IMG/VR virus record: IMGVR_UViG_3300043178_000066
Location: 1 to 36,275 of that record
From: a virus
Taxonomy: Duplodnaviria > Caudoviricetes
Direction: 5' to 3' (one strand)
Length of the DNA stretch: 36,275 bases
Shown: positions 1 to 8,808 of the stretch, in pieces
Position numbering within the stretch: position 1 is the stretch's first letter
Layout: the number at the start of each line of letters is the position of its first letter
Program-made: the position numbers and the translations under genes
Notes under the pieces: generated by a model
Database searches by the model: none
Told to the model about the DNA's origin: nothing
What the model saw: the letters and a program-made list of their open reading frames with translations, nothing else

Positions 1-2
1 AG

Positions 3-1226
3 TGGCTGCGCTTCGAACAACTGCGGTGGGAGAAAGGCCAGCCGGAGAGCGCAGCCTATGTCTGTGAATCCTGCGATTCGCCAATTTCCGAGCATCACAA
101 GACCTGGATGCTGGAACACGGCGAGTGGCGCGCATTGGCACCAGAAAACGGCGCCAAGACCGCAGGATTCCACTTGTCGTCGCTCTACAGCCCGGTGGGT
201 TGGCGCAGTTGGCGTGAGATTGCCGTTGCCTGGGAACTGGCCGTGAGCAAGGAGTCCGGATCGGCGTCAGCCATCAAGACGTTCAAGAACACTGAACTGG
301 GCGAAACCTGGGTTGAGGAAGGAGAAGCGCCGGACTGGCAGCGCCTTGTTGAGCGTCGCGAGGACTACCCGGTCGGATCGATTCCTCCCGGCGGACTCCT
401 GCTGGTGGGCGGCGCTGACGTCCAGAAGGACCGCATCGAGGCATCGATCTGGGCCTTCGGGCGCGGCAAGGAATCCTGGTTGGTCGAGCATCGCGTGTTG
501 ATGGGCGATACCGCCAGGGATGCAGTCTGGAAGCAGCTGGCAGATCTGCTTGCGGAGAACTGGACCCATGCGTCCGGCGCGGCACTGCCGCTGGCACGGT
601 TCGCCCTGGATACGGGGTTCGCCACCCAAGAGGCGTACACCTTCGTGCGCGTATGCCGGGACCCACGCGTCATGGCGGTAAAAGGCGTCGCACGCGGCGC
701 GGCGTTGATTGGCACACCCACCGCCGTGGATATCTCGAAAGGCGGCAAGAAGCTGCGCCGGGGTATCAAGGTGTTCTCGGTCGCCGTCGGCATCGCCAAG
801 CTCGAGCTCTACAACAACCTGCGCAAATCCGCCGATGTGGCCGAGGATGGTCTTACCGCGATCTATCCGGCTGGATTCATCCATCTGCCCCATGTGGACG
901 CGGAATTTATCCAGCAGCTCTGCGCGGAACAACTCATCACCCGCCGTGACCGCAATGGCTTTCCCATCCGGGAGTGGCACAAGATGCGCGAGCGCAACGA
1001 GGCATTGGACTGCTACGTGTACGCACGGGCCGCCGCTTCAGCGGCTGGACTGGATCGCTTCGACGAACGCCATTGGCGTGACCTGGAACGACAACTGGGG
1101 ATGGCCGACCCGCCAGACCCTATCACTACTGTTACGACTGACGAGGCCACCCAACGCGGTGGCCTCGCTGTTTCTGGGCCAGGTCGCCGCGCACGCCAGT
1201 TGGTGCGCAGCCGCTGGCTCTCCTGA
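3..1226 (+). CDS. Terminase large subunit, lambda gpA family (5'-truncated by the window edge)
   Basis: The frame of ORF 108..1226 is open back to position 3 (WLRFEQLRWEKG...YVCESC...EHHKTWML). gpA motifs GFHLSSLYSP, FKNTELGETW, GADVQKDR, LDTG and RNEALDCYVYA are present. Confidence 0.93.
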   Translation, partial: WLRFEQLRWEKGQPESAAYVCESCDSPISEHHKTWMLEHGEWRALAPENGAKTAGFHLSSLYSPVGWRSWREIAVAWELAVSKESGSASAIKTFKNTELGETWVEEGEAPDWQRLVERREDYPVGSIPPGGLLLVGGADVQKDRIEASIWAFGRGKESWLVEHRVLMGDTARDAVWKQLADLLAENWTHASGAALPLARFALDTGFATQEAYTFVRVCRDPRVMAVKGVARGAALIGTPTAVDISKGGKKLRRGIKVFSVAVGIAKLELYNNLRKSADVAEDGLTAIYPAGFIHLPHVDAEFIQQLCAEQLITRRDRNGFPIREWHKMRERNEALDCYVYARAAASAAGLDRFDERHWRDLERQLGMADPPDPITTVTTDEATQRGGLAVSGPGRRARQLVRSRWLS

Positions 1227-1243
1227 TCGACAAAGGGCATCCC

Positions 1244-1735
1244 ATGAGTTTGCAGACCCGTATCGAGAGCCTGGTGATTCGTATCGCCCAGGAGTTCAAC
1301 ACGCTCAACGGCAAGACCGGCACGCTGGCCAGCCTGACCACGACCGACAAATCGAGCCTCGTGGCCGCCATCAATGAACTTCAGTCTGCCGTCGTCAGTG
1401 GCACTGGCATCGACGACGCAAACGTGGCGCTGACCACCACCTACTCGTCAACCAAGATCGTCACGCTGCTGGACACGCTCAAGGCTGAGATCCTGGGCGG
1501 CGCCGATGCTGCCTATGACACGCTGATCGAGATCCAGCAGTTATTGCAGGACGGTACCAGTGGCCTCGATGCGTTGCTGGCTGCCATCAACAACCGTGTG
1601 CGCTTCGATGCCGCGCAGACATTGACAGTGATCGAGCAGCAGCAGGCGCGCGAAAACATCGGGGCGATTGCGCTGAGCGCCATCGGAGATGCAGACACTG
1701 ACTTCGTGGCCGTGTTCGAAGGGGCGCTTGCGTAA
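1244..1735 (+). CDS. Phage fibre-like virion protein (163 aa)
   Basis: Motifs TTDKSSLVAAINEL, ILGGADAAYDTLIEI and QQQARENIGA recur in phage fibre proteins. Located between terminase and gpW. Confidence 0.6.
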   Translation: MSLQTRIESLVIRIAQEFNTLNGKTGTLASLTTTDKSSLVAAINELQSAVVSGTGIDDANVALTTTYSSTKIVTLLDTLKAEILGGADAAYDTLIEIQQLLQDGTSGLDALLAAINNRVRFDAAQTLTVIEQQQARENIGAIALSAIGDADTDFVAVFEGALA

Positions 1736-2127
1736 TGTCTCTGTCCGAACGCATTGCTGCGCTCGCCGCCCGTGTGGGTCTCGAAGTGGGCACCAAGGCG
1801 AACCGCGATCACCCGGGAATCGCACGCGCTTGGGTGAGCTTTGGGTACATCAACGACCACATGGTGATGGTGAGTGCCTTCAACGTGGTGGGCGTCGAGC
1901 GTTTGGCCACTGGTCGTTACCGGGTTCGGTTCTCGCAGCCCATGCCAAATGCCAGCTATTGCTGGACGGCGCTTGCGCGAAGCAGCACAGACAACGGCAC
2001 CCAGCGGATTGCGATCGTGCGTGCCAGTGCCGACCAGAAGACAGTCGACTACGTTGATGTCTCTTGCGCCACGACGGCGACGTCGTTCGCCGATTCCACC
2101 GAAATCAACCTGGTGGTGTATCGCTGA
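1735..2127 (+). CDS. Phage protein with fibre-tip-like beta domain (130 aa)
   Basis: TAATG overlap with the previous gene. AWVSF...SAFNVVGVERLATGRYRVRFSQPMPNASY resembles C-terminal beta domains of phage fibres. N-terminus resembles that of the upstream gene. Confidence 0.55.
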   Translation: MSLSERIAALAARVGLEVGTKANRDHPGIARAWVSFGYINDHMVMVSAFNVVGVERLATGRYRVRFSQPMPNASYCWTALARSSTDNGTQRIAIVRASADQKTVDYVDVSCATTATSFADSTEINLVVYR

Positions 2128-2348
2128 TGGCCTACACCCAGTCCCAACTCGATGCGCTTGAAGCCGCGCTGGCCAAGGGCGAGCGTCGCGTCAGTTTCGG
2201 CGACAAGACCATCGAGTACCGCACGGTCGAGGAGTTGGCTACCGCCATTCGCGAAGTCAAGCGCGCCCTGTTCGAAGACGCCGTGGCCACCGGACTGTGG
2301 CCAGGTGCCCCGCGCCAGATCCGCGTCACGACCCGGAAGGCCACCTGA
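2127..2348 (+). CDS. Head-tail joining protein, lambda gpW-like (73 aa)
   Basis: ATG at 2127 overlaps the upstream TGA. Sequence MAYTQSQLDALEAALAKGERRVSFGDKTIEYRTVEEL. Lies immediately before the portal. Confidence 0.85.
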   Translation: MAYTQSQLDALEAALAKGERRVSFGDKTIEYRTVEELATAIREVKRALFEDAVATGLWPGAPRQIRVTTRKAT

Positions 2349-3832
2349 TGAGCTGGTTTTCCAAACTTCGGCGCGGCATGTTTGGCGGCCCGTCGCCGAC
2401 TTATGACGGTATCGGCGGTGGTCGACGTGCGATCGCCTGGCAGGTCGGAAATCCTGGTGCCGTTGCCGCGCTGGCCTTCACCCAGAACGAGCTCCGAGCC
2501 AAGAGCCGGGATCTGGTACGACGCAACGCTTGGGCGGCTGCCGGCGTGGAGGCATTCGTCGCCAACGCGATCGGCACTGGCATCAAGCCGCAGTCGATGC
2601 TCCCGGACAACGCGCTTCGAGAAACCATTCACTCGCTTTGGTGGGATTGGTGTGAAGAGGCGGACGCGGCTGGCTTGACCGACTTCTACGGTCTGCAGGC
2701 GCTCGCGTGCCGGGCAATGCTGGAAGGCGGGGAAGCCCTGGTGCGGCTGCGCTTTCGCCGCCCGGAAGATGGCCTGGCGGTCGGTCTGCAGCTCCAAGTG
2801 CTGGAACCGGAGCACCTGCCCACGACGATGAACCTGGAGCTTCCCTCCGGCAACGTGGTGCGGGCCGGCATCGAGTTCGATCGTCTCGGGCGTCGCGCTG
2901 CATACCACCTGTATCGCTCGCATCCCGGCGATGGTGCGCTGGCGCCGATGTCCAACACGGGTGGAATGGATACGGTGCGCGTGCCCGCTGACGAGATCAT
3001 TCACATGTTCCGTCCGCTTCGTCCTGGCCAGATCCGGGGCGAGCCATGGCTTGCTCGAACGCTGGTCAAGCTCAATGAGTTGGACCAGTACGACGACGCC
3101 GAACTGGTACGCAAGAAGACGGCAGCGATGTTCGCGGGCTTCATCACGCGCCTGGCGCCCGAGGACAACCTCATGGGCGAAGGGCTGGCGGATGCCAACG
3201 GCGTGTCCCTGGCGGGGCTCGAACCCGGGACCATGCAATTGCTGGAGCCTGGTGAGGACGTCAAGTTCAGCCAACCGGCAGACGTTGGGGCCAGCTACGC
3301 CGAATTCCTGCGCATGCAGTTCCGGGCCGTCGCTGCCGCGATGGGCATCACTTACGAGATGCTCACCGGTGATCTGACGCAGGTGAACTATTCGTCAATC
3401 CGCGCCGGATTGCTGGAGTTTCGTCGCCGCTGCGAGGCGATCCAGCATGGCGTGATCGTCCACCAGCTCTGCCGCCCGATCTGGCGCGCATGGATGGAAC
3501 AGGCTGCGCTCGAAGGTGCACTCGATCTGCCGGGCTTTGTCGAACGCAAGCGGGAATACCTGGCCGCGAAGTGGATTCCGCAGGGCTGGCAGTGGGTAGA
3601 CCCGAAGAAGGAGTTCGACGCGATGCTCACCGCAATCCGTGCCGGGCTGCTTTCGCGCTCCGAAGCCATTTCCGCCTTCGGCTACGACGCCGAAGACATC
3701 GACCGCGAGATCGCGGCCGACAACCAGCGGGCCGATGAGCTGGGGCTGGTCTTCGACTCCGACCCGCGCCACGACAAAGCGCCCATCGCGACGGCCGCCC
3801 CGGCTCCGGCGCAAGAACCCCAGGACAACTGA
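2348..3832 (+). CDS. Portal protein, lambda gpB family (494 aa)
   Basis: TGATG-coupled start at 2348. Motifs LRAKSRDLVRRN, RPGQIRGEP, LTGDLTQVNYSSIRAGLLEFRR and WVDPKKE. Confidence 0.93.
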   Translation: MSWFSKLRRGMFGGPSPTYDGIGGGRRAIAWQVGNPGAVAALAFTQNELRAKSRDLVRRNAWAAAGVEAFVANAIGTGIKPQSMLPDNALRETIHSLWWDWCEEADAAGLTDFYGLQALACRAMLEGGEALVRLRFRRPEDGLAVGLQLQVLEPEHLPTTMNLELPSGNVVRAGIEFDRLGRRAAYHLYRSHPGDGALAPMSNTGGMDTVRVPADEIIHMFRPLRPGQIRGEPWLARTLVKLNELDQYDDAELVRKKTAAMFAGFITRLAPEDNLMGEGLADANGVSLAGLEPGTMQLLEPGEDVKFSQPADVGASYAEFLRMQFRAVAAAMGITYEMLTGDLTQVNYSSIRAGLLEFRRRCEAIQHGVIVHQLCRPIWRAWMEQAALEGALDLPGFVERKREYLAAKWIPQGWQWVDPKKEFDAMLTAIRAGLLSRSEAISAFGYDAEDIDREIAADNQRADELGLVFDSDPRHDKAPIATAAPAPAQEPQDN

Positions 3833-3833
3833 C

Positions 3834-5153
3834 ATGCAGCTCGTACACCTGGCGTCCCGTCTCTACGGGACGCCGCTTCTCATTGCGCGTTCGAAACTGG
3901 ACGTGATCCTGTCCGTCCTCGGCCCGCGCATCGGATTGCCCGAGATCGATGCTGCCGTCCCGCTTCCCACTTCGAAACCGGGCACTTCGGTCGGGCAGCC
4001 CGGCATCGCGATCATTCCCGTGCACGGCACCCTGGTACGACGGGCGATGGGACTGGAGGCGGCGTCTGGCCTGACCTCCTATGGGGAGATCGCGGCACGC
4101 CTCGACGCCGCGCTGGCGGACCCACAGGTCAGCGGCATCCTGCTCGACATAGATTCGCCCGGCGGTGAAGCGGGTGGCGTGTTTGAGCTGGCCGAGCGGA
4201 TTCGCGCCGCCAACGACATCAAGCCGGTCTGGGCGCATGCCAATGACTCCGCGTACTCGGCGGCTTACGCGATTGCCGCCGCCGCATCACGCCTGACCCT
4301 GTCCCAAACCGCCGGGGTAGGGTCCATCGGTGTTATTGCGCTGCACGTCGATCAGTCGGTCAAGGATGCCAAGGACGGCATCGACTTCACCGCGATCTAC
4401 GCCGGCCACCACAAAAACGACTTTTCGCCCCATGCACCGCTGTCGCCACAGGCGGCTTCCACGCTGCAGACGGAGGTCGATCGGCTGTACGGAATCTTCG
4501 TCAGCCAAGTCGCGCAGATGCGCGGCCTGGACAGCGACGCCGTGCGGGCGACCGAAGCCGGCTTGCTGTTCGGGGAGGCTGCTGTGACGGCAGGCCTGGC
4601 TGACGCCGTGGCCAGTCTCGATCAGGTCTTGGTCGAGTTTTCCAACGCGCTGGGCGCACAGCGCCGTCTGGCGAAACCCAGTGCAGGCACGGCCAAGCGC
4701 GGCCCACTCGCCCGCGCCTCTCCCGCGTCACCGAAAGCGAGCACGCAGATTTCCAGCCATCAACACTCTCATTTGGAGCAGAACATGACAGATCAAGAAC
4801 AGCAGATCCCTCTGGACGAATCCGAGCCGGAGGCCATGCCAGACCCGGCAGACACCCCAGCGCAAGAACCCACCACCCCGCCCGTGTCTGCATCGCTCGT
4901 CGGTGCGCACGCCAACGGCCGGATCGAGGCACAAGCCATTGCCGAGATCTGCCTGATCGCAGGCACGCCACAGCGCACGGCGGAATTCCTCGCATCCGGG
5001 ATGAACGAGGCCCAAGTCCGCCGCGCACTGCTCGAGGCTCGGGCCGAACAGCCGGAGATTGCCTCGCGCATCACCGCCGATGCCGGAACCACCGTGCGAC
5101 CGGAGAGCAGCCCGGTCGTTGCCGCCGTCAAGAAACTCGCCACGAAGGAGTAA
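3834..5153 (+). CDS. S49 family prohead protease, lambda gpC-like (439 aa)
   Basis: ATG at 3834 just after the portal stop. S49 motifs LDIDSPGGE, AYSAAY (catalytic Ser) and GSIGV. Low-complexity linker followed by a scaffold-like C-terminus. Confidence 0.92.
   Translation: MQLVHLASRLYGTPLLIARSKLDVILSVLGPRIGLPEIDAAVPLPTSKPGTSVGQPGIAIIPVHGTLVRRAMGLEAASGLTSYGEIAARLDAALADPQVSGILLDIDSPGGEAGGVFELAERIRAANDIKPVWAHANDSAYSAAYAIAAAASRLTLSQTAGVGSIGVIALHVDQSVKDAKDGIDFTAIYAGHHKNDFSPHAPLSPQAASTLQTEVDRLYGIFVSQVAQMRGLDSDAVRATEAGLLFGEAAVTAGLADAVASLDQVLVEFSNALGAQRRLAKPSAGTAKRGPLARASPASPKASTQISSHQHSHLEQNMTDQEQQIPLDESEPEAMPDPADTPAQEPTTPPVSASLVGAHANGRIEAQAIAEICLIAGTPQRTAEFLASGMNEAQVRRALLEARAEQPEIASRITADAGTTVRPESSPVVAAVKKLATKE
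4785..5153 (+). CDS. Putative nested in-frame scaffolding protein, lambda Nu3-like (122 aa)
   Basis: GGAG at 4775-4778 lies 6 nt before an in-frame ATG at 4785 (MTDQEQQIP...). Acidic, Pro-rich start. Same arrangement as lambda C/Nu3. Confidence 0.65.
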   Translation: MTDQEQQIPLDESEPEAMPDPADTPAQEPTTPPVSASLVGAHANGRIEAQAIAEICLIAGTPQRTAEFLASGMNEAQVRRALLEARAEQPEIASRITADAGTTVRPESSPVVAAVKKLATKE

Positions 5154-5156
5154 GCC

Positions 5157-5534
5157 ATGCCTGCCATTTCGGAAACCAACAATCTCGGTGATCTCCTCAA
5201 ATACGAGGCACCAAACCTCTATTCACGCGACCTGGCCACGGTCGCTGCCGGCCAAAACCTGCAGCTCGGCGCCATCGTCGGCCGCGACAGTACGACCGGC
5301 AAGCTGAAAGCGCTCGACCCGGCCGCCACCGATGGCACTGAGAACGCGGTCGGCGTGCTCGCCGCTGACGTGGACGCGACCCTGATCGACCGGGAAGACG
5401 CGCTGCTGATCTCCCGCCACGCCATCGTCGCCAGCCATGCCCTGGTGTGGCCGGTCGCCATCACCCCTACCGAGAAGGCCACTGCGATCGCTCAGATCGA
5501 AGCGCGTGGCGTCCTCGTCCGAACCGCCGCCTGA
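5157..5534 (+). CDS. Head decoration protein, lambda gpD/HDPD family (125 aa)
   Basis: AAGGAG RBS. Sequence pattern YSRDLATVAAGQNL...DPAATDGTENAVGVL. Lies between protease and capsid. Confidence 0.88.
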   Translation: MPAISETNNLGDLLKYEAPNLYSRDLATVAAGQNLQLGAIVGRDSTTGKLKALDPAATDGTENAVGVLAADVDATLIDREDALLISRHAIVASHALVWPVAITPTEKATAIAQIEARGVLVRTAA

Positions 5535-5548
5535 TTTAGGAGACAACC

Positions 5549-6550
5549 ATGCAGAACCCTTTTACCAATCCCGCGTTCTCGATGGCAGCGCTCACAGCGG
5601 CCATCAACATTCTCCCCAACCGGTACGGCCGAATCGAGGATCTCGGTTTGATGCCGGCCAAGCCGGTGCGCCAGCGACAGGTCATCGTCGAGGAGATGAA
5701 CGGCGTACTGAACCTGCTGCCCACACTGCCGCCGGGTGCCCCGGGCACGGTGGGTGTACGCGGCAAGCGCACCCTGCGTTCGTTCGTGATCCCGCACATC
5801 CCGCATGACGATGTCGTCCTCCCGGAGGAGGTTCAGGGCATCCGCGCCTTTGGCTCGGAGACTGAAACAGAAGCAGTCGCGGGCGTCATCGCGCGCCACC
5901 TGGAGACCATGCGCAACAAGCACGCGATCACGCTGGAACACCTGCGCATGGGTGCACTCAAGGGCGTCATCCTGGATGCCGATGGCTCCGTGCTGTACGA
6001 CCTGTTCGACGAGTTCGACATCACGCCGCAGACCATCGCCTTCGATCTCGGCAACGCCGGCACCAATGTGAAGGCGAAATGCCTCGCGACCCTGGCCGCG
6101 ATCGAGGACAACCTCAAGGGCGAATTCATGACCGGAGTGCACTGCCTGTGCTCGCCCGAATTCTTCGCCGCCCTGACCGGCCATGCCAAGGTCGAGAAAG
6201 CGTTCGAGAACTGGCAGCAGGGCGCCATCCTGATCAACGACGTGCGCCGGGGCTTCACCTACGCCGGCATCACCTTCGAGGAGTATCGCGGGCAGGCAAC
6301 CGATCCCACCGGCACCACCCGTCGCTTTATCGCGGCTGGCGAGGCCCATGCCTTCCCGCTGGGTACGGTGGATACCTTCGGCACCTACTTCGCGCCGGCT
6401 GACTTCAACGAGACGGTCAACACCATCGGGCAGACGCTCTATGCCAAGCAGGAGCCGCGCAAGTTCGATCGTGGCACCGACCTGCATACCCAATCGAATC
6501 CGCTGCCTATGTGCCACCGCCCGGGTGTGCTCGTGAAGCTGACGGTGTGA
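5549..6550 (+). CDS. Major capsid protein, lambda gpE family (333 aa)
   Basis: AGGAG RBS. Motifs LTAAIN, TLEHLRMGALKG, FAPADFNETVNT and QSNPLPMCHRP. Confidence 0.93.
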   Translation: MQNPFTNPAFSMAALTAAINILPNRYGRIEDLGLMPAKPVRQRQVIVEEMNGVLNLLPTLPPGAPGTVGVRGKRTLRSFVIPHIPHDDVVLPEEVQGIRAFGSETETEAVAGVIARHLETMRNKHAITLEHLRMGALKGVILDADGSVLYDLFDEFDITPQTIAFDLGNAGTNVKAKCLATLAAIEDNLKGEFMTGVHCLCSPEFFAALTGHAKVEKAFENWQQGAILINDVRRGFTYAGITFEEYRGQATDPTGTTRRFIAAGEAHAFPLGTVDTFGTYFAPADFNETVNTIGQTLYAKQEPRKFDRGTDLHTQSNPLPMCHRPGVLVKLTV

Positions 6551-6834
6551 TGGTGCGCATCGAGGACTTCTATGAGGCCGCTAGCCGGTCTGGCTTGCTG
6601 GTGGATGCGGAAATCGATGGTCACACCATCGCTGTCGATTTCCGCTCTCCGGACGAGAGCGTCCTCGACGGGCTTGCCCTGTCTGCCGACTACACGATCC
6701 GCTTTCCAGCCTCGGTGCTGCCTGCCCTGGCAGCGGGTAACACCGTGTCCATCGCTGGCAACACGTATCGCGTCCGCGATATCCGCAGCATCGGCGACGG
6801 CAGCGAACGGCTCGCTTCACTCTCTCGACTCTGA
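6550..6834 (+). CDS. Head-tail joining / head closure protein, gpFII-like (94 aa)
   Basis: TGATG-coupled start at 6550. Small beta-rich protein (GNTVSIAGNTYRVRDIRSIGDG) directly after the capsid gene. Confidence 0.7.
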   Translation: MVRIEDFYEAASRSGLLVDAEIDGHTIAVDFRSPDESVLDGLALSADYTIRFPASVLPALAAGNTVSIAGNTYRVRDIRSIGDGSERLASLSRL

Positions 6835-6846
6835 GGACCCCCACTC

Positions 6847-7272
6847 ATGAACTCCATCCGCGAGCGCATCTTGCGGGAGGTCGTCGCGCGCCTCACTGCC
6901 GGGGTGGCGCCCACGCCGGTGGTGCGCTTTCCGACCGTGCCGGTGACGCGGGAAGCCAGCCCCGCGCTGCTGCTATTTGCCGAAGGCGACAGCATCAGCG
7001 CGCATGCCAACAACCTCGTCGACCGGCTGCTGATGGTGCGTTTGGTAGCCGTGGCTCGTGGGGACGATGCCTTCGATCAAGCCGATCTGGTCGTCGTCGC
7101 CGCCCACGCAGCCCTGATGAGCGACACCAACCTTGGCGGTCTGGCACTGGCCCTGCGCGAGGTGGATTGCGAGTGGGACCCGGAGGACGCCGACGCCGGA
7201 GCCGTGGCGCTGCCTGCTCGCTACGAGATCCGCTACCGCACCCACGCACTTGATCTGACCCGACCTGGATAG
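6847..7272 (+). CDS. Probable tail terminator, gpU-like (141 aa)
   Basis: GAGGA RBS. MNSIRERIL N-terminus and YEIRYRT C-terminus. Lies before the tail tube gene. Confidence 0.65.
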   Translation: MNSIRERILREVVARLTAGVAPTPVVRFPTVPVTREASPALLLFAEGDSISAHANNLVDRLLMVRLVAVARGDDAFDQADLVVVAAHAALMSDTNLGGLALALREVDCEWDPEDADAGAVALPARYEIRYRTHALDLTRPG

Positions 7273-7278
7273 CCCGAC

Positions 7279-7458
7279 ATGAACATCGAACTACTGAAAC
7301 CCCATACCCATGCCGGCGTTAGCTTCGCGCCGGGCGATCTGCTCGTCCTCGACGAGGCCGCTGCACGCTGGCTGATCGATGCCGGCGTCGCCAAAGCCAC
7401 CGACAGCATCGATGAGCCGATCGGCACACCTCAACCCACTGCACGCAAGGGAGACTGA
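7279..7458 (+). CDS. Small phage protein, 59 aa (absent from the ORF track)
   Basis: Hand translation: MNIELLKPHTHAGVSFAPGDLLVLDEAAARWLIDAGVAKATDSIDEPIGTPQPTARKGD*. Fills the gap between the terminator and tail tube genes and has typical codon usage. Confidence 0.75.
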   Translation: MNIELLKPHTHAGVSFAPGDLLVLDEAAARWLIDAGVAKATDSIDEPIGTPQPTARKGD

Positions 7459-7460
7459 CC

Positions 7461-8213
7461 ATGCCTTACTTTTCTGGACAAGGGCGCGTTTACATCGGCG
7501 CCCGCGACATCACCGGCAAGCCCCAGGGCTTGAACTACGTGGGCAATGTGCCTGAGCTCAAAGTCTCTCTCTCGGTGGAAACCTTGGAACACCAGGAGTC
7601 CACCAGCGGCCAGCGCCTGACCGACCTGCAGCTGATCAAGACCAAGAAGGGCGAGTTCGCCTGCACGCTGGAAGAGCTGATCGCGGTCAACCTGGGCTTG
7701 GCGCTGTACGGCACGACCACCGACCAGGTCAGCGGTACGGTGACCGCCGAGGTGCTGCCTAACCCCGTCACCCTGGGCAGTCTCTACCTGCTGGCCAAGC
7801 AGAACGTCTCGACCGTGGTGGTCAAGGATTCCACCGCCACCCCCAAGACGCTGCCGGCAGGCCAGTACACCCTCAACGCCAAGCATGGTTCGCTGGCGAT
7901 CAACGACAAGACCACCGGCGGCCCCTACGTGGAGCCGTTCAAGGTGGACTACGCCTACGGCGCGGCCCAGAGCACGGCGATGTTCACCCAACCGCTGCCC
8001 GAGCGCTGGGTGCGCTTCGAGGGACTGAACACGGCTGACGGCAACCGCGAAGTCGTGATCGATCTCTACCGCGTGGCGATCAATCCGGCCAAGGAGCTCT
8101 CGGTCATCACCGACGAACTGCTCAAGTTCGAGCTGTCGGGCCAGGTGCTGGCCGACACTCTGAAGCCTGCCGCCGGCGATCTTGGCCAGTTCGGCCGCAT
8201 CGTGCTGCTGTGA
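7461..8213 (+). CDS. Major tail (tube) protein (250 aa)
   Basis: AAGGGAG RBS. MPYFSGQGRVYIG...YVGNVPEL start and RFEGLNTADG...IDLYRV are typical of siphovirus tubes. Lies before the chaperones and TMP. Confidence 0.82.
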   Translation: MPYFSGQGRVYIGARDITGKPQGLNYVGNVPELKVSLSVETLEHQESTSGQRLTDLQLIKTKKGEFACTLEELIAVNLGLALYGTTTDQVSGTVTAEVLPNPVTLGSLYLLAKQNVSTVVVKDSTATPKTLPAGQYTLNAKHGSLAINDKTTGGPYVEPFKVDYAYGAAQSTAMFTQPLPERWVRFEGLNTADGNREVVIDLYRVAINPAKELSVITDELLKFELSGQVLADTLKPAAGDLGQFGRIVLL

Positions 8214-8221
8214 GGTGAGTG

Positions 8222-8620
8222 ATGAGCGACTTCGATGCATTTCCTCCCGCTCCGCAATCCCTGGCAATCGCGGGTATTGCGCTGGAGATCACACCGATTC
8301 GTGTCGGCGAGATCCCGGCGCTGCTCGCTGCGGTTCGGCCCTTCGCGCACCGATTGGTCGACGGGGATCCGGACTGGCTGGCGCTGCTGGCGGACCACGG
8401 CGACGCACTGATCACGGCAATCGCCGTGGCCTCACGCCGTCCCCAGGAGTGGGTCTCAGGGCTGGCGATGGACGACGCCATCCGACTGGCCACCGCCTTG
8501 TTTGAGGTGAATGCGGATTTTTTCGTGCAGCGGGTGGTGCCGACGATCCAGCACGCCGCCGCCCGGATCAACGCACAAATGAGCGGTCCCTTGGCTGGGC
8601 TCACGCCATCCACCGTTTGA
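8222..8620 (+). CDS. Tail assembly chaperone, gpG-like
   Basis: GAGGTG RBS before GTG 8219 / ATG 8222. Lies between tail tube and TMP and contains a slippery heptamer. Confidence 0.8.
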   Translation: MSDFDAFPPAPQSLAIAGIALEITPIRVGEIPALLAAVRPFAHRLVDGDPDWLALLADHGDALITAIAVASRRPQEWVSGLAMDDAIRLATALFEVNADFFVQRVVPTIQHAAARINAQMSGPLAGLTPSTV

Positions 8621-8808
8621 TCCATGCCGGACACCGGCTGCCGGATGTCCTGGACTACACGCTCGCGCAGATGACTGCGTTTCTCGATGCCGAAGCGCGT
8701 CGTGACCGTGAGCACGCCAGTCTGCTTCTTGGGGTGACGGCGGTGGCCAGCCAAGGCGACAAGCGATCCATCGAACGGCTACAGCGGGAGCTCGATCGTG
8801 AAGATTGA
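8518..8808 (+). CDS. gpT-like -1 frame extension of the tail chaperone (gpGT made by programmed frameshift at T TTT TTC, 8518-8524)
   Basis: The -1 frame is open from 8506 to 8808 (...GWAHAIHRLIHAGHRLPDVLDYTLAQMTAFL...). The heptamer has X XXY YYZ form in the correct phase. Confidence 0.8.
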   Translation, partial: FFRAAGGADDPARRRPDQRTNERSLGWAHAIHRLIHAGHRLPDVLDYTLAQMTAFLDAEARRDREHASLLLGVTAVASQGDKRSIERLQRELDRED

